The translations under genes and the position numbers were made by a program. This document shows, piece by piece, positions 19,894 through 31,686 of a stretch of DNA of 64,000 nucleotides. How positions within the stretch are numbered: the first letter of the stretch is position 1; every line of letters begins with the position of its first letter. Source of the DNA: Flavobacteriales bacterium (GTDB taxonomy: Bacteria; Bacteroidota; Bacteroidia; JACJYZ01). The stretch is from positions 619 to 64,618 of the forward strand of contig JAGQZQ010000005.1 in the NCBI GenBank assembly GCA_020435415.1. The letters run 5' to 3'. Below the pieces are notes generated by a model, which was given only the letters and a program-made list of their open reading frames with translations, was not told the origin of the DNA and did no database searches.

Positions 19894-20523
19894 ATGGAAT
19901 TGACGGTAACAAATATTCAAGGCAAGAAGACGAGCAAGAAGGTAAAGCTCAATGATGCCATCTTTGGTATAGAGCCAAGCGATCATGCGATCTACCTGGA
20001 TGTAAAGTACATCCTTGCCAACCGCAGACAGGGCACAAGCAAGGCCAAGGAAAGAGCGGAAATCAAAGGAAGTACCCGCAAGCTGAGGAAGCAAAAAGGT
20101 GGTGGTGGAGCCCGTGTCGGTAGCATCAACAACCCGTTGTTCAAAGGAGGTGGCCGCGTTTTCGGACCTCGCCCCAGAACATACGACAGCAAGTTGAACA
20201 AGAAGGTTCGTAAGCTTGCCCGTAAATCAGCCCTGGCCTATAAGGCGAAGGAGAACGGACTGACCGTGCTTGAGGATTTTACCTTTGATAAGATCAAGAC
20301 CAAACAGTATTTGGAAATACTGAAAAATCTGAATGCGGAAAACAGCAAATCACTTTTGGTATTGGCCGGTGCCGATGAGAAAGTACTGCTCTCCGCACGG
20401 AATATCAAAAATGCAAAGGTGATCCAGGCGAAGGACATCAATACTTACGACATCCTGAATGCAAAAGGATTGATGGTCACCGAAAGTTCACTGAAAGAGA
20501 TCGATAACCTGTTAAGCGAATAA
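19894..20523 (+). CDS. rplD: 50S ribosomal protein L4 (uL4)
   Basis: KQKGGGGARVGS and the FGPRPR motif. The ORF-track start at 19882 is TTG and the first ATG is 19894. Confidence 0.95.
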   Translation: MELTVTNIQGKKTSKKVKLNDAIFGIEPSDHAIYLDVKYILANRRQGTSKAKERAEIKGSTRKLRKQKGGGGARVGSINNPLFKGGGRVFGPRPRTYDSKLNKKVRKLARKSALAYKAKENGLTVLEDFTFDKIKTKQYLEILKNLNAENSKSLLVLAGADEKVLLSARNIKNAKVIQAKDINTYDILNAKGLMVTESSLKEIDNLLSE

Positions 20524-20525
20524 AA

Positions 20526-20816
20526 ATGAGCGTGATTTATAAACCGTTGATCACCGAAAAGCAAACCGCCGCGACGGAGAAGCTGAACCAATACGGGTTC
20601 CTGGTGGATACCAAAGCGAATAAGGTGGAGATCAAGAAAGCCGTTGAAACGCTTTACAATGTTAAGGTGGAATCGGTCAACACAATGAAGTTCAACGGAA
20701 AATTAAAGACCCGCTATACGAAGAAAGGTTTCTTCTCAGGCCGGACCAATGCGGTGAAAAAAGCCGTCGTTTCTCTGGCACAAGGTGAAACCATCGACTT
20801 CTACAGTAGCATTTAA
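20526..20816 (+). CDS. rplW: 50S ribosomal protein L23 (uL23)
   Basis: 96 aa. PLITEK...F.V...ANK.EIK.AVE.LY.VKV pattern and operon position. Confidence 0.95.
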   Translation: MSVIYKPLITEKQTAATEKLNQYGFLVDTKANKVEIKKAVETLYNVKVESVNTMKFNGKLKTRYTKKGFFSGRTNAVKKAVVSLAQGETIDFYSSI

Positions 20817-20833
20817 GTGAATACGATAGAACC

Positions 20834-21658
20834 ATGGCATTAAGAAAACTAAAACCGGTTACACCAGGACAGCGCTTTAAGATCATCAGCGCCTTCGATA
20901 GCCTTACGGCCGATCGCCCGGAGAAATCACTGCTGGCCAAGAAGAAAAGGACAGGCGGTAGAAATCAGACGGGTAAGATGACCGTACGCAATGTGGGTGG
21001 TGGACACAAGCAGAGATACCGTATCATCGATTTCAAAAGAGATAAGTTCGGGATACCTGCAAAGGTGAAAACAGTGGAGTATGATCCAAACCGCAGTGCG
21101 CGCATCGCCCTGTTGTTTTATGCCGATGGTGAAAAGAGATATATCATTGCACCTACCGGACTGGAAGTAGGACAGGAAATTGTCTCCGGAAAAGGAGCAG
21201 CACCGAAAACCGGGAACGCCCTTTTTCTTAGTGAGATTCCGATGGGTACAACCATCAGTTGTATTGAATTGAAGCCAGGTGGTGGTGCAACCCTCGCCAG
21301 AAGTGCTGGTACCAGTGCACAACTTGTTGCACGCGAAGGCAAATATGCAACCGTGAAACTTCCTTCGGGAGAAACAAGAATGGTTCTGACAAGTTGCCTC
21401 GCTACGATAGGTGCTGCATCCAACTCGGATAAGTCCCTTGAGATCTCCGGTAAGGCCGGAAGACGCAGATGGTTGGGCAGAAGACCACGTACACGCGGTG
21501 TAGCGATGAACCCTGTAGATCACCCAATGGGTGGTGGTGAAGGTAAATCTTCAGGTGGTCACCCAAGATCCAGAAATGGTATCCCGGCGAAAGGTTATAA
21601 GACCCGCAAAAAGAATAAGGCTTCGAATCGTTTTATTGTAGAAAAAAGGAAAAAGTAA
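20834..21658 (+). CDS. rplB: 50S ribosomal protein L2 (uL2)
   Basis: 274 aa. [15 protein letters not shown] and [20 protein letters not shown] motifs. Confidence 0.98.
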   Translation: MALRKLKPVTPGQRFKIISAFDSLTADRPEKSLLAKKKRTGGRNQTGKMTVRNVGGGHKQRYRIIDFKRDKFGIPAKVKTVEYDPNRSARIALLFYADGEKRYIIAPTGLEVGQEIVSGKGAAPKTGNALFLSEIPMGTTISCIELKPGGGATLARSAGTSAQLVAREGKYATVKLPSGETRMVLTSCLATIGAASNSDKSLEISGKAGRRRWLGRRPRTRGVAMNPVDHPMGGGEGKSSGGHPRSRNGIPAKGYKTRKKNKASNRFIVEKRKK

Positions 21659-21661
21659 GAC

Positions 21662-21937
21662 ATGGCACGTTCTCTTAAAAAAGGACCTTTCGTAGAATAT
21701 AAACTGGAAAAGCGGGCAATGGACCAGCAATCCAGTGGAAATAAGAAGGTCATCAAAACCTGGTCAAGGAGATCCATGATCATTCCTGAGTTCGTAGGGT
21801 TGACCTTTGCCGTGCACAACGGAAATAAATTCATACCTGTGTATGTAACGGAGAATATGGTGGGACATAAATTCGGTGAGTTTGCACCCACCCGCACTTT
21901 CCGCGGTCATGCCGGTCACAAGAAAGATAAATCATAG
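21662..21937 (+). CDS. rpsS: 30S ribosomal protein S19 (uS19)
   Basis: 91 aa. [10 protein letters not shown]...HNG..F.PV.V.ENMVGHK.GEFAPTR. Confidence 0.97.
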   Translation: MARSLKKGPFVEYKLEKRAMDQQSSGNKKVIKTWSRRSMIIPEFVGLTFAVHNGNKFIPVYVTENMVGHKFGEFAPTRTFRGHAGHKKDKS

Positions 21938-21950
21938 AAGACACCTGGTC

Positions 21951-22370
21951 ATGGGAGTTAGAAAAAGAAATAAAGCGGAAGAAGTAAAGGAGCAAAAGAA
22001 AAGCCTTTACTACGCAAAACTCAATAACTGTCCGACATCGCCCAGAAAAATGAGGTTGGTGGCAGACATGGTGAGAGGAAAAGATGTTTATCAGGCACTG
22101 AGCCTTTTGGAATTCAGTTCAAAGGATGCAGCCGTTAGGGTTGAAAAACTGCTGAAATCCGCAATCGCCAATTATGAATCCAAAACGGACCAAAGGGCGG
22201 ACGAAAATCTGTTCGTAAAGGAAATTTGGGTAGACGGTGGCCGTGTCCTGAAACGGATCAGCCCCGCGCCTCAAGGCCGTGCACATAGGATCAGAAAGCG
22301 TTCTAACCACGTTACCCTGGTTCTTGATATCCGAAAGACAGAAGAAAAAACCGAAGAAAAACCGAATTAA
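21951..22370 (+). CDS. rplV: 50S ribosomal protein L22 (uL22), 139 aa
   Basis: [15 protein letters not shown]...[19 protein letters not shown]. The ORF-track frame opens at 21876 inside rpsS, and the ATG at 21951 follows the rpsS stop. Confidence 0.93.
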   Translation: MGVRKRNKAEEVKEQKKSLYYAKLNNCPTSPRKMRLVADMVRGKDVYQALSLLEFSSKDAAVRVEKLLKSAIANYESKTDQRADENLFVKEIWVDGGRVLKRISPAPQGRAHRIRKRSNHVTLVLDIRKTEEKTEEKPN

Positions 22371-22373
22371 TAC

Positions 22374-23078
22374 ATGGGACAGAAGTCACATCCTATCAGT
22401 CTTAGACTTGGCATTATCCGCGGTTGGGATTCCAACTGGTACGGTGGCAGAAACTACACCGAGAAGTTGGTGGAAGACTACAAAATCAGACAGTACCTGA
22501 ACGCCCGTCTGTCTAAAGCCAGCATTGCAAAGATCGTCATCGAACGTACCCTGAAACTGGTTACCGTTACCATCCATACAGCCCGCCCCGGAATCATCAT
22601 CGGAAAAGGTGGTAAGGAAGTGGATAAGTTGAAGGAAGAGCTCAAGAAGATCACACGTAAGGAAATCCAGATCAACATCTTTGAGGTGAAACGCCCTGAA
22701 CTGGATGCCAGACTCGTGGCTGAAAGTATTGCCAAGCAGATCGAAGGTCGTATCTCATTCCGTCGTGCCATGAAAATGGCAGTCGCTTCTACCATGCGCA
22801 TGGGTGCCGAAGGTATCCGCGTGGCAGCGGCAGGTCGTCTCGGTGGTGCTGAGATCGCCCGGACTGAAAAGTACAGAGAAGGTCGTGTACCTTTGCATAC
22901 TTTCCGTGCAGACGTAGATTATGCGCTGTGTGAAGCACATACCACCTACGGAAGAATCGGTATTAAAGTCTGGATTTGCAAAGGTGAGGTTTATGGAAAA
23001 AGAGACCTCTCTCCCAATACAGCAACACAACAGAAGAGCGGTCCTGGTGGAAAATCCAGACCTCCCCGCTCTAAGTAA
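22374..23078 (+). CDS. rpsC: 30S ribosomal protein S3 (uS3)
   Basis: 234 aa. [13 protein letters not shown] and a KH domain with GIIIGKGG. Confidence 0.98.
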   Translation: MGQKSHPISLRLGIIRGWDSNWYGGRNYTEKLVEDYKIRQYLNARLSKASIAKIVIERTLKLVTVTIHTARPGIIIGKGGKEVDKLKEELKKITRKEIQINIFEVKRPELDARLVAESIAKQIEGRISFRRAMKMAVASTMRMGAEGIRVAAAGRLGGAEIARTEKYREGRVPLHTFRADVDYALCEAHTTYGRIGIKVWICKGEVYGKRDLSPNTATQQKSGPGGKSRPPRSK

Positions 23079-23108
23079 TTGAATGGATAGAATTAACGAT
23101 CAATAGTC

Positions 23109-23534
23109 ATGTTACAGCCTAAGAGGACAAAATACAGGAGACAGCAGAAGCTGAAGGGATCACTGGACGGCAATGCCGGACGCGGACACCAGATCGCTTT
23201 TGGTTCCTTTGCCATCAAAGCCCTTGAGCCAGGGTGGATCACCGGTCGCCAGATCGAAGCAGCGCGGATCGCCGTGACCCGTTATATGAAACGGGAAGGC
23301 CAGTTGTGGATCAGGATTTTTCCGGATAAGCCGATCACCAAAAAACCGGCTGAGGTACGTATGGGTAAAGGAAAAGGAAGCCCGGAGTATTTCGTGGCTG
23401 TTGTGAAACCAGGAAGGATCATGTTCGAGGCGGAAGGTGTTTCAATGGAAACAGCAAAAGAAGCGATGAGATTGGCCGCTCAGAAGCTGCCAATCAAAAC
23501 GAAATTCATGATCAGAAGAGATTATCAGGAATAA
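23109..23534 (+). CDS. rplP: 50S ribosomal protein L16 (uL16)
   Basis: 141 aa. [14 protein letters not shown]...RMGKGKG. Confidence 0.98.
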   Translation: MLQPKRTKYRRQQKLKGSLDGNAGRGHQIAFGSFAIKALEPGWITGRQIEAARIAVTRYMKREGQLWIRIFPDKPITKKPAEVRMGKGKGSPEYFVAVVKPGRIMFEAEGVSMETAKEAMRLAAQKLPIKTKFMIRRDYQE

Positions 23535-23564
23535 TAACAGGCAGGTCCTGTAACCAGAATAACG

Positions 23565-23783
23565 ATGAAACAAGCCGTCATAAAAGAACTTGCAACTCCG
23601 GAACTGATCGAAAAGATCGATGAGCAGGAGGATTTGCTTACCAAAATGGTGATGAATCACGCCGTTGCGGATGTTGAGAATCCAATGAAGATCCGATACA
23701 CAAGAAGGACCGTTGCCAGGCTCAAAACAGAATTGAACAAGCGCAACAGGGAAACGAATCAAACCGCTGAAGCTGCCAAATAA
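23565..23783 (+). CDS. rpmC: 50S ribosomal protein L29 (uL29)
   Basis: 72-aa helical protein between rplP and rpsQ, in the canonical position. Confidence 0.9.
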   Translation: MKQAVIKELATPELIEKIDEQEDLLTKMVMNHAVADVENPMKIRYTRRTVARLKTELNKRNRETNQTAEAAK

Positions 23784-23785
23784 TA

Positions 23786-24067
23786 ATGACCATGACAGAG
23801 CAAGTACAAGTGCAAAAGCGCAACCTGAGAAAGGAACGTACCGGTGTGGTAACCAGCAACAAGATGAATAAAACCATCGTGGTGTCGGTTGAGAGAAAAA
23901 TGAAACACCCGATTTACGGTAAGTTCATCAAGAAGACCAACAAGTTCATGGCCCATGACGAAAAAGAGGAATGCGCCATCGGTGATACCGTGCGGATCAT
24001 GGAAACCAGACCCCTGAGTAAAAGCAAGCGTTGGAGACTGGTGGAAGTTTTGGAAAAAGCCAAGTAA
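23786..24067 (+). CDS. rpsQ: 30S ribosomal protein S17 (uS17)
   Basis: [19 protein letters not shown]...HPIYGK...HDE...GD.V.I.ETRPLSK.K. Confidence 0.96.
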   Translation: MTMTEQVQVQKRNLRKERTGVVTSNKMNKTIVVSVERKMKHPIYGKFIKKTNKFMAHDEKEECAIGDTVRIMETRPLSKSKRWRLVEVLEKAK

Positions 24068-24093
24068 GGACAATTTTATATAGCGATTAAGCA

Positions 24094-24462
24094 ATGATAC
24101 AACAGGAAAGCAGAATGGCCGTAGCCGATAACAGTGGAGCGAAAGAAGTGCTCTGCATACGTGTACTCGGCGGCACCGGAAGACGCTATGCCTCTATCGG
24201 TGATAAGGTGGTCGTATCGGTAAAGCATGCGATCCCCTCCGGAAATATTAAGAAAGGCACCGTGTCTCAGGCCGTTGTCGTACGCACACGCAAAGAGGTG
24301 CGCAGAGAAGACGGATCTTATATCCGCTTTGATGACAATGCCGTGGTGTTGCTTAATAATGCAGGTGAGATGCGTGGTACACGTATCTTCGGCCCTGTAG
24401 CCCGCGAGTTGCGCGAAAAGAAGTTTATGAAGATTGTTTCTCTGGCACCTGAGGTGCTTTAA
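24094..24462 (+). CDS. rplN: 50S ribosomal protein L14 (uL14)
   Basis: 122 aa. [18 protein letters not shown]...RFDDNAVVL. Confidence 0.98.
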   Translation: MIQQESRMAVADNSGAKEVLCIRVLGGTGRRYASIGDKVVVSVKHAIPSGNIKKGTVSQAVVVRTRKEVRREDGSYIRFDDNAVVLLNNAGEMRGTRIFGPVARELREKKFMKIVSLAPEVL

Positions 24463-24471
24463 AGATAACCA

Positions 24472-24795
24472 ATGATGGGAGCCAAGATCAAAATAAAAAA
24501 GGGTGATACCGTAAAGGTGATTTCCGGTACGGCCCGCGGACAGCAAGGAAGGGTACTTTCCGTGCTGATCGAAAAGAACAGGGTACTGGTTGAAGGAGTC
24601 AACATGATCTCCAAACATACCAAACCCAATGCTGCCAACCCTCAGGGTGGTATTGTAAAACAAGAAGCAGCCGTGCACATTTCGAATGTGATGCTGGTGG
24701 AAGGTAGCAAGGAACCCACACGTGTGGGACGGCGTCTTGAAAAGGACAAATTAGTTAGGTATTCGAAAAAAACAGGAGAGACCATTAAGTCATGA
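24472..24795 (+). CDS. rplX: 50S ribosomal protein L24 (uL24)
   Basis: 107 aa. [22 protein letters not shown] motif. 4-nt overlap with rplE. Confidence 0.96.
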   Translation: MMGAKIKIKKGDTVKVISGTARGQQGRVLSVLIEKNRVLVEGVNMISKHTKPNAANPQGGIVKQEAAVHISNVMLVEGSKEPTRVGRRLEKDKLVRYSKKTGETIKS

Positions 24796-25343
24796 ATTAT
24801 TCACCAAGATTAAAAGATCAGTACCGCAACGAGATTGCCCCTGCGCTCATGCAGCAGTTTGGCTACAAGTCGGTGATGCAGGTTCCTCAGCTGAAAAAGA
24901 TCAACCTCAACCAGGGGGTCGGTGCAGCCGTGGCCGATAAGAAAATGATTGAGGCCGCCCTTCAGGAAATGACCATGATCGCTGGCCAAAAGGCGGTGGC
25001 GACCAAATCCAGAAAGGATATCTCCAACTTTAAGTTGAGAAAAGGTATGCCTATCGGTGCAAGGGTGACCCTTCGTGGTGATAAGATGTATGAATTCCTG
25101 GACAGGCTCATCGCTGTGGCCCTGCCCCGGATCCGTGACTTCAGAGGGATCAGCCGGAAAGGTTTTGATGGAAATGGGAATTATACCATGGGCATCACTG
25201 AACAAATCATCTTCCCGGAGATTGATATCGACAAAGTTCCCAAGATCACCGGTATGGACATTACCTTTGTAACTTCCTCCGGTAATGATGAAGAAGCATT
25301 CGCCCTGTTAAAAGAATTTGGTTTACCCTTTAGAAACGCATAA
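24792..25343 (+). CDS. rplE: 50S ribosomal protein L5 (uL5)
   Basis: 183 aa. PRLKDQY...RDFRG....FDG.GNY..G..EQ.IFPEI. Confidence 0.97.
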   Translation: MNYSPRLKDQYRNEIAPALMQQFGYKSVMQVPQLKKINLNQGVGAAVADKKMIEAALQEMTMIAGQKAVATKSRKDISNFKLRKGMPIGARVTLRGDKMYEFLDRLIAVALPRIRDFRGISRKGFDGNGNYTMGITEQIIFPEIDIDKVPKITGMDITFVTSSGNDEEAFALLKEFGLPFRNA

Positions 25344-25344
25344 G

Positions 25345-25614
25345 ATGGCCAAAGAATCGATCAAAGCAAGAGAAAGAAAACGCCAACGCATGGTGGAGAA
25401 GTATGCCGATAAAAGAGCGGCGCTCAAAGAAGCCGGTGATTATATCGGTCTGAGCCGCCTCCCAAGGAACTCTTCCAGTGTAAGGCTGCACAATAGATGT
25501 AATATTTCAGGTCGCCCGAAAGGATACATGAGACAGTTCGGTATCTCCAGGGTCCTGTTCAGGGAGTTGGCCGCCGAAGGCAAGATCCCGGGGATCACAA
25601 AATCCAGTTGGTAA
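25345..25614 (+). CDS. rpsN: 30S ribosomal protein S14 (uS14), 89-aa long form
   Basis: [13 protein letters not shown]...[33 protein letters not shown]. The ATG at 25345 directly follows the rplE stop. Confidence 0.95.
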   Translation: MAKESIKARERKRQRMVEKYADKRAALKEAGDYIGLSRLPRNSSSVRLHNRCNISGRPKGYMRQFGISRVLFRELAAEGKIPGITKSSW

Positions 25615-25636
25615 TAACAGTATAGCAAAGAAAGCC

Positions 25637-26035
25637 ATGACCGATACAATATCAGACTACCTGACCCGGATCAGAAACGCCATGAAGGCCCGCAAGAGGG
25701 TGGTGGATATCCCTGCTTCGAACATTAAGAAGGAAATGACCAAGATTCTTAAGGATAAAGGTTATATCCTCGATTATAAATTCGAAGAAGGCCCGACAGC
25801 ACAAGGTACCATCAGGATCGCCCTGAAGTACAACGCTGTGAACAAGCAACCTGCGATCAAGAAATTGCAGCGTATCAGCAAGCCCGGCTTGAGAAAATAT
25901 ACCGGTACAGATACACTTCCAAGGGTATTGAACGGTTTGGGCATCGCCATACTATCTACCTCCAGAGGTGTGATGACCGATAAGGAGGCCAGAAAGGAAA
26001 ATGTGGGCGGAGAAGTGCTTTGTTACATTTATTAA
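25637..26035 (+). CDS. rpsH: 30S ribosomal protein S8 (uS8)
   Basis: 132 aa. [14 protein letters not shown]...GGEVLCYIY. Confidence 0.97.
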   Translation: MTDTISDYLTRIRNAMKARKRVVDIPASNIKKEMTKILKDKGYILDYKFEEGPTAQGTIRIALKYNAVNKQPAIKKLQRISKPGLRKYTGTDTLPRVLNGLGIAILSTSRGVMTDKEARKENVGGEVLCYIY

Positions 26036-26064
26036 TGACAAGAGGAATTTAAGAATTTAGTGTT

Positions 26065-26619
26065 ATGTCACGAATAGGAAATGCGCCGATCAGTTTGCCC
26101 AAGGGTGTGGAACTTCAGGTTTCCGATAAAAACCTGGTGACGGCCAAAGGACCCAAAGGGGAACTACATCAGGAAATTAACCCGGCCATAAAAGTGGCCG
26201 TCCAGGAGGGACAGGTGCTGCTGACCCGCAGCACAGAGCAGAAACAACACCGTGCGCTACACGGACTTTACCGTGCACTGATTAACAATATGGTGAAGGG
26301 TGTTTCCGAAGGATATAACATCGAACTCGAGTTGGTGGGTGTCGGTTATCGTGCTACCGCCAAAGGCCAGTTGCTGGAACTCTCCCTGGGGTATTCACAC
26401 AACGTGGCATTTGAATTGCCGAAGGAAGTGAAGTTTGAGACGAAGGCAGAAAGAGGACAAACTCCGAGGATTCTTTTGGCAAGCCACGATAAACAGTTGC
26501 TCGGACAGGTGGTGGCCAAGATCACCTCACTGAGAAAACCAGAGCCTTACAAAGGAAAAGGTATCAAGGTAATAGGAAGACAATATCGCAGAAAGGCCGG
26601 TAAAACCGCCAGTAAATAA
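26065..26619 (+). CDS. rplF: 50S ribosomal protein L6 (uL6)
   Basis: 184 aa. [14 protein letters not shown]...VGVGYRA...PEPYKGKGI. Confidence 0.97.
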   Translation: MSRIGNAPISLPKGVELQVSDKNLVTAKGPKGELHQEINPAIKVAVQEGQVLLTRSTEQKQHRALHGLYRALINNMVKGVSEGYNIELELVGVGYRATAKGQLLELSLGYSHNVAFELPKEVKFETKAERGQTPRILLASHDKQLLGQVVAKITSLRKPEPYKGKGIKVIGRQYRRKAGKTASK

Positions 26620-26633
26620 GTAAGACCAAGGCA

Positions 26634-26987
26634 ATGAAAACCAAGGATAGCAGAAGACTAAAAATCAAGAAGAGGATCCGCAGGGTTGTGGAAGGCACAG
26701 CCACCCGCCCTCGTCTGTCCGTTTTTCGCAGCAACAACGAGATATATGCTCAGTTGGTGGATGACAACAGCGGAAAAACACTCATGGCAGCATCTTCACG
26801 CCAAAAGAGCATTGCAGATCAAAAGACAACCAAATCCGAGCAGGCTCGCCTGGTAGGTCAGGCCATCGCAGCCGCTGCGGGTACTGCCGGTATCGAATCT
26901 GTAGTGTTTGACAGGAATGGTTATTTGTATCATGGAAGGGTGAAATCCCTTGCCGAAGGTGCACGCGAAGGCGGCCTTAAATTTTAA
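26634..26987 (+). CDS. rplR: 50S ribosomal protein L18 (uL18)
   Basis: 117 aa. [16 protein letters not shown]...[22 protein letters not shown]. Confidence 0.97.
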   Translation: MKTKDSRRLKIKKRIRRVVEGTATRPRLSVFRSNNEIYAQLVDDNSGKTLMAASSRQKSIADQKTTKSEQARLVGQAIAAAAGTAGIESVVFDRNGYLYHGRVKSLAEGAREGGLKF

Positions 26988-26993
26988 CAGCGA

Positions 26994-27512
26994 ATGGCAC
27001 AAGCAAACGTAAAAAGAGTTAAATCAAGCGAGATCGAGCTGAAAGACAAGCTCGTGAGTATTCAACGGGTGACCAAAGTGACCAAGGGCGGACGTACCTT
27101 CACCTTCTCTGCCATCGTAGTTGTTGGTAATGAAAGGGGAGTCGTAGGTTACGGTCTGGGCAAAGCCAAAGAGGTGACCGAGGCCATCGCGAAAGGAATT
27201 GACGATGCCAAGAAGAACCTGATTCAGGTTCCGATCATCAAAGGATCTGTTCCGCACGAACAACTTGGTAAATATGGTGGTGCCTTCGTTTTGCTGAAAC
27301 CCGCTTCCAATGGTACGGGTGTTATCGCCGGAGGTGCTATGCGCGCCGTGCTTGAAAGCGTAGGTGTGAAGAACGTACTGGCAAAGTCTAAAGGCTCATC
27401 CAATCCGCATAACGTGGTAAAAGCCACCATTGATGCGTTGCTGAACCTGCGCGATGCGTATGCAGTTGCACAGCAAAGGGGCCTTGAACTCGAACAGGTA
27501 TTTAATGGATAA
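26994..27512 (+). CDS. rpsE: 30S ribosomal protein S5 (uS5)
   Basis: 172 aa. RV.KV.KGGR.F.F.A.VVVGN..G.VG.G.GKAKEV. Confidence 0.97.
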   Translation: MAQANVKRVKSSEIELKDKLVSIQRVTKVTKGGRTFTFSAIVVVGNERGVVGYGLGKAKEVTEAIAKGIDDAKKNLIQVPIIKGSVPHEQLGKYGGAFVLLKPASNGTGVIAGGAMRAVLESVGVKNVLAKSKGSSNPHNVVKATIDALLNLRDAYAVAQQRGLELEQVFNG

Positions 27513-27516
27513 TCAG

Positions 27517-27696
27517 ATGGCAAAGGTTAAAATAACACAGGTTAAGAGCGTGATCGATCGCACAGAAAGACAAAAGCGCACCATGCGTGCCCTGGGTCTT
27601 AAGAAAGTGAATCAATCCGTGGAAGTGGAAGTGACCCCGCAAACCCAGGGAATGATCGATGCCGTGAAGCATTTGTTGGAAGTCGTAGAACTATAA
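27517..27696 (+). CDS. rpmD: 50S ribosomal protein L30 (uL30), 59 aa
   Basis: MAKVKITQVKS.I.R...QK.T..ALGL.K. The ATG at 27517 follows the rpsE stop, and the ORF-track frame opens earlier inside rpsE. Confidence 0.93.
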   Translation: MAKVKITQVKSVIDRTERQKRTMRALGLKKVNQSVEVEVTPQTQGMIDAVKHLLEVVEL

Positions 27697-27713
27697 TATA
27701 GAAGGAAAGCATC

Positions 27714-28307
27714 ATGAATTTACATAATCTAAAACCAGCTAAAGGTTCTCTTAAGACCAAAAAGAGACTGGGCAGAGGACAGGGTTCCGGAAAAGGTGGT
27801 ACGTCTGCACGTGGCCATAAAGGAGCAAAATCCCGTTCCGGCTATAGCACCAAAATTGGTTTTGAAGGCGGTCAGATGCCTCTCCAACGTCGCGTGCCAA
27901 AGTACGGCTTCAAGAACGTGAACCGTATTGAATATCGCAGCATTAACCTGGACGTTCTCCAGAAGCTGGCCGATGAGCACAAGACGACCAAAGTGGACAA
28001 AGCCGTTTTGATTGAGCACGGTCTTGCCTCTCGTAACGATATCATCAAGGTTCTCGGACGCGGTGAGTTGAGTGCGAAACTTGAAGTTAGCGCTGAGGCA
28101 TTCTCTAAGTCTGCAACCGCAGCCATTGAGAAAGCCGGTGGTAAAGCCATTGTGGTAAACCAAAAGGCAACAAAGCGTATCGTTCTGGTGAAAGGCCAAA
28201 AGGCAGGAGCCGGTGATGCAGCTGTTTCTAATGGTAAGGCACCTGCGAAGGCAACCAAGAAAGAAAATAAGAAAGTAGAAAAAGAATTAGTTGAAAAATC
28301 AGAATGA
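27714..28307 (+). CDS. rplO: 50S ribosomal protein L15 (uL15) with a roughly 49-aa Lys/Ala-rich C-terminal extension
   Basis: L.NLKPAKGS...[22 protein letters not shown].....[14 protein letters not shown]. The conserved core ends near residue 148 and residues 149-197 are low complexity. 4-nt overlap with secY. Confidence 0.95.
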   Translation: MNLHNLKPAKGSLKTKKRLGRGQGSGKGGTSARGHKGAKSRSGYSTKIGFEGGQMPLQRRVPKYGFKNVNRIEYRSINLDVLQKLADEHKTTKVDKAVLIEHGLASRNDIIKVLGRGELSAKLEVSAEAFSKSATAAIEKAGGKAIVVNQKATKRIVLVKGQKAGAGDAAVSNGKAPAKATKKENKKVEKELVEKSE

Positions 28308-29650
28308 AAGATCTGATCAATACCCTGCGTAATATTTTCAAGATTGAAGATCTCAGGATCAGGATTTTGAACACCTTGTTCTTTATTCTGATCTACCGGA
28401 TCGGTTCTTTTGTGGTATTGCCCGGGATCGATCCTGCCGGATTGGGTGCACTTAAGAACCAAACCAAAGACGGTATCCTAGGTCTGTTGAATATGTTCTC
28501 CGGAGGTGCGTTCTCCAATGCATCCATTTTTGCATTGGGAATTATGCCCTATATCTCTGCATCCATTGTGATCCAGTTGCTCACAATTGCCATTCCGGCA
28601 TTCCAGCGGATGCAGAAAGAAGGGGAGAGCGGACGTCGCAGGATGAATCAGATTACCCGTTACCTGACGGTGGCCATTACCATGGGACAGGCTCCCGGTT
28701 ATCTGGCCAATGTGGTGAGCCAAATGGACCCGCGTTACATTTTGTTTGATTCAATGACATTCTTCTACATTTCCAGCACCATCATTCTGATTGCAGGTAC
28801 CATGTTCGTGATGTGGCTCGGTGAGAAGATCACGGATAAAGGAATCGGAAACGGAATATCATTGCTGATCATGATCGGTATCATCGCAAGATTGCCCTTT
28901 GCCTTCATTGCGGAATTCAGCGCCCGGATGGATAAAGGAGGTCTCGTGATTCTCCTGGTGGAGTTGGTGGTTTTGCTGCTTGTGATCGTATTTTCCATCC
29001 TGCTCGTTCAAGGTACCCGTAAGATACCGGTGCAGGTGGCACGAAAGATCGTTGGCAACAGACAATACGGTGGCGCACGACAGTACATTCCGCTGAAGGT
29101 AAATGCTGCCGGTGTGATGCCTATAATCTTTGCACAAGCGATTATGTTCGTACCTATCACCTTTGCCGGTTTCTCGGAAAGTCTCAGTGGATTCGGTCGT
29201 GTTTTTGCAGATACATCCGGATTCTGGTACAATTTCGTTTTCGCTTTGCTGATCATCGTCTTTACATATTTCTACACCGCTATCATTGTCAACCCGACCC
29301 AAATGGCGGATGATCTGAAAAAGAACGGAGGCTTTATCCCAGGGGTGAAGCCAGGCAGGAAAACATCGGAATACCTCGATACGGTCCTTTCCAGGATCAC
29401 TCTTCCGGGGTCCATTTTCCTTGCTGTTATTGCCATTTTGCCGGCATTTGCCATCATAGCCGGTATTAATAGTCAGTTTGCCAATTTCTACGGTGGAACC
29501 TCCCTGCTGATTATGGTAGGGGTGGTGCTGGATACCCTTCAGCAGATTGAAAGCCACCTGCTGATGAGGCATTATGATGGTCTGATGAAAAGTGGTAGAA
29601 TCAAAGGAAGAGGTACGCCAACATCCATGACAACGGCTGTTCAGGCTTAA
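28304..29650 (+). CDS. secY: Preprotein translocase subunit SecY
   Basis: 448 aa and 10 TM helices. [15 protein letters not shown] and canonical position after rplO. Confidence 0.98.
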   Translation: MKDLINTLRNIFKIEDLRIRILNTLFFILIYRIGSFVVLPGIDPAGLGALKNQTKDGILGLLNMFSGGAFSNASIFALGIMPYISASIVIQLLTIAIPAFQRMQKEGESGRRRMNQITRYLTVAITMGQAPGYLANVVSQMDPRYILFDSMTFFYISSTIILIAGTMFVMWLGEKITDKGIGNGISLLIMIGIIARLPFAFIAEFSARMDKGGLVILLVELVVLLLVIVFSILLVQGTRKIPVQVARKIVGNRQYGGARQYIPLKVNAAGVMPIIFAQAIMFVPITFAGFSESLSGFGRVFADTSGFWYNFVFALLIIVFTYFYTAIIVNPTQMADDLKKNGGFIPGVKPGRKTSEYLDTVLSRITLPGSIFLAVIAILPAFAIIAGINSQFANFYGGTSLLIMVGVVLDTLQQIESHLLMRHYDGLMKSGRIKGRGTPTSMTTAVQA

Positions 29651-29666
29651 ACCGAAAGGTCCTGAT

Positions 29667-30455
29667 ATGATTTATCACAAGACGAAAGAAGAGATAGAGT
29701 TCATCAGAAGCAGTTCTTTGCTTGTTTCAGGCGCCCTGGCCGAAGTAGCCAAGGTGATCCGACCGGGAGTTACATCCCTGGAGCTGGACCGGATAGCAGA
29801 AGCGTTTATCCGTGATCATGGTGGCGAGCCTGCTTTTAAAGGCTATCGGGGGTTTCCCAATACGCTGTGTGTTTCACCTAATGCACAGGTTGTACACGGA
29901 ATACCCAATGATCAGCCACTTCAGGAGGGAGATATTGTTTCGGTGGATTGTGGCGTACTGAAAGACGGTTTTTATGGAGATTCCGCATTCACCTTTGCCA
30001 TCGGAGAGATCGGTGAAGATGTGAAGAAACTCCTGAAGGTAACCAGGGAATGCCTGGATCTTGGTATCAAAATGGCTGTTGCAGGCCGCAGACTGGGAGA
30101 TGTCAGTTTTGCCATCCAGTCGCATGCCGAAAAGCACGGTTACGGTGTTGTGAGAGAATTGGTCGGTCACGGTATCGGAAAGAACCTTCACGAGGAACCT
30201 GAAGTGCCAAATTTTGGCCGAAGGGGAAGTGGACCGATTCTGGCCGAAGGTATGGTGATCGCGATTGAACCGATGATCAACCTGGGAAAAAAGGGAATCA
30301 GGGAATTGAGTGATGGATGGACCATCACCACAGCTGATGGACTCCCCTCCGCACACTATGAACATACAGTTGCGGTGAGCAAGGAAGCAGCACAGGTGCT
30401 GTCGTCCTTTGAACCGATTGATGAAGTATTGAAAGAAAAAATAGGAATAGAATAG
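29667..30455 (+). CDS. map: Type I methionine aminopeptidase
   Basis: 262 aa. Metal ligands in the contexts VHGIP, DIVSVD, GDSAFTF, GHGIG, IEP and EHTV. Confidence 0.96.
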   Translation: MIYHKTKEEIEFIRSSSLLVSGALAEVAKVIRPGVTSLELDRIAEAFIRDHGGEPAFKGYRGFPNTLCVSPNAQVVHGIPNDQPLQEGDIVSVDCGVLKDGFYGDSAFTFAIGEIGEDVKKLLKVTRECLDLGIKMAVAGRRLGDVSFAIQSHAEKHGYGVVRELVGHGIGKNLHEEPEVPNFGRRGSGPILAEGMVIAIEPMINLGKKGIRELSDGWTITTADGLPSAHYEHTVAVSKEAAQVLSSFEPIDEVLKEKIGIE

Positions 30456-30456
30456 T

Positions 30457-30672
30457 ATGGCGAAACAGCCCTCCATAGAACAAGACGGGGTGGTTAAGGA
30501 ATCACTTTCCAACGCCATCTTTCGTGTAGAACTGGAAAATGGTCACATGATTACGGCCCATATTTCAGGGAAGATGAGAATGCATTACATTAAAATATTA
30601 CCCGGAGATCGGGTCAAAGTGGAGATGTCTCCATACGATCTGACCAAAGGCAGAATTACATACAGGTACTAA
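30457..30672 (+). CDS. infA: Translation initiation factor IF-1
   Basis: 71-aa S1-like fold. F.V.LENGH...AHISGKMR...I.ILPGD.V.VE.SPYDL.KGRI.YR. Confidence 0.97.
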   Translation: MAKQPSIEQDGVVKESLSNAIFRVELENGHMITAHISGKMRMHYIKILPGDRVKVEMSPYDLTKGRITYRY

Positions 30673-30684
30673 ACTGATGAAGTT

Positions 30685-30801
30685 ATGAAGGTAAGAGCTT
30701 CTATAAAGAAACGCAGTGCAGACTGCAAGATCGTTAAGCGGAAAGGCCGCTTGTACGTTATCAACAAGAAGAACCCAAAGTTCAAACAAAGACAAGGATA
30801 A
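30685..30801 (+). CDS. rpmJ: 50S ribosomal protein L36 (bL36), 38 aa. Not in the supplied ORF track because it is shorter than 60 aa.
   Basis: Manual translation of 30685-30801 gives [38 protein letters not shown]. Canonical bL36 sequence and position between infA and rpsM. Confidence 0.93.
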   Translation: MKVRASIKKRSADCKIVKRKGRLYVINKKNPKFKQRQG

Positions 30802-30858
30802 ATAGTTGGGTTGCCCGGTTGCATGACCTGGCGTAACAACAGAATCTAAAGATCGCGT

Positions 30859-31236
30859 ATGGCACGTATCGCAGGTATTGATTTACCGAAAGAAAAAAGA
30901 GGAGAGATTGGTCTCACCTACATTTTTGGCATTGGAAAACGCACTGCCCAGAACATTCTTGATGAAGCCGGTATTGACCGGAATCTTCGGGTGAAAGACT
31001 GGACAGATGAGCAATCCACCAATATCCGGAAGATCGTTCAGGATAGATTTAAGGTGGAAGGTGCGTTGCGCTCAGAAGTGCAGTTGAACATTAAGCGCCT
31101 GATGGATATCGGATGCTACAGAGGTATCCGTCATCGTAACGGACTGCCCGTTCGCGGACAAACAACCAAGAACAACGCACGTACCCGTAAAGGAAAAAGA
31201 AAGACCGTGGCGAATAAGAAAATGGCCACCAAGTAA
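30859..31236 (+). CDS. rpsM: 30S ribosomal protein S13 (uS13)
   Basis: 125 aa. [11 protein letters not shown]....LTYI.GIG...A. Confidence 0.97.
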   Translation: MARIAGIDLPKEKRGEIGLTYIFGIGKRTAQNILDEAGIDRNLRVKDWTDEQSTNIRKIVQDRFKVEGALRSEVQLNIKRLMDIGCYRGIRHRNGLPVRGQTTKNNARTRKGKRKTVANKKMATK

Positions 31237-31257
31237 ACGGTTATAGCTGATTAAGAC

Positions 31258-31647
31258 ATGGCAAAATCATCCAAAACGACAAAAAAGAGATCGGTTCAGG
31301 TTGAGTCGACAGGAAAGGCAACCATTCATGCCACCTTTAACAATATCATTGTTTCCCTGAACAATAGTCAGGGTCAGGTGATCGCATGGTCTTCCGCAGG
31401 AAAGATGGGTTTCCGGGGTTCTAAAAAGAACACCCCGTACGCAGCCCAGCAAGCTGCTGCGGATGCATCCAAAGTCGCCTACGATCAGGGACTGAGAAAG
31501 GTGAAGGTATACGTGAAAGGTCCCGGATCCGGACGTGAGTCGGCCATCCGTACCATTCACAATTCCGGTATAGAAGTGACCGAAATCGTGGATGTAACAC
31601 CTATGCCGCACAACGGTTGCCGCCCTCCAAAGAAGAGAAGGGTATAA
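31258..31647 (+). CDS. rpsK: 30S ribosomal protein S11 (uS11)
   Basis: 129 aa. G.A.I.A.FNN.I......G.......AG..GF.GS.K.TP.AAQ; D.TP.PHNGCRP.K.RRV. Confidence 0.97.
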   Translation: MAKSSKTTKKRSVQVESTGKATIHATFNNIIVSLNNSQGQVIAWSSAGKMGFRGSKKNTPYAAQQAAADASKVAYDQGLRKVKVYVKGPGSGRESAIRTIHNSGIEVTEIVDVTPMPHNGCRPPKKRRV

Positions 31648-31686
31648 TAAAGATATTACGTAAACAACTGATAAAAGCAATAAGGA

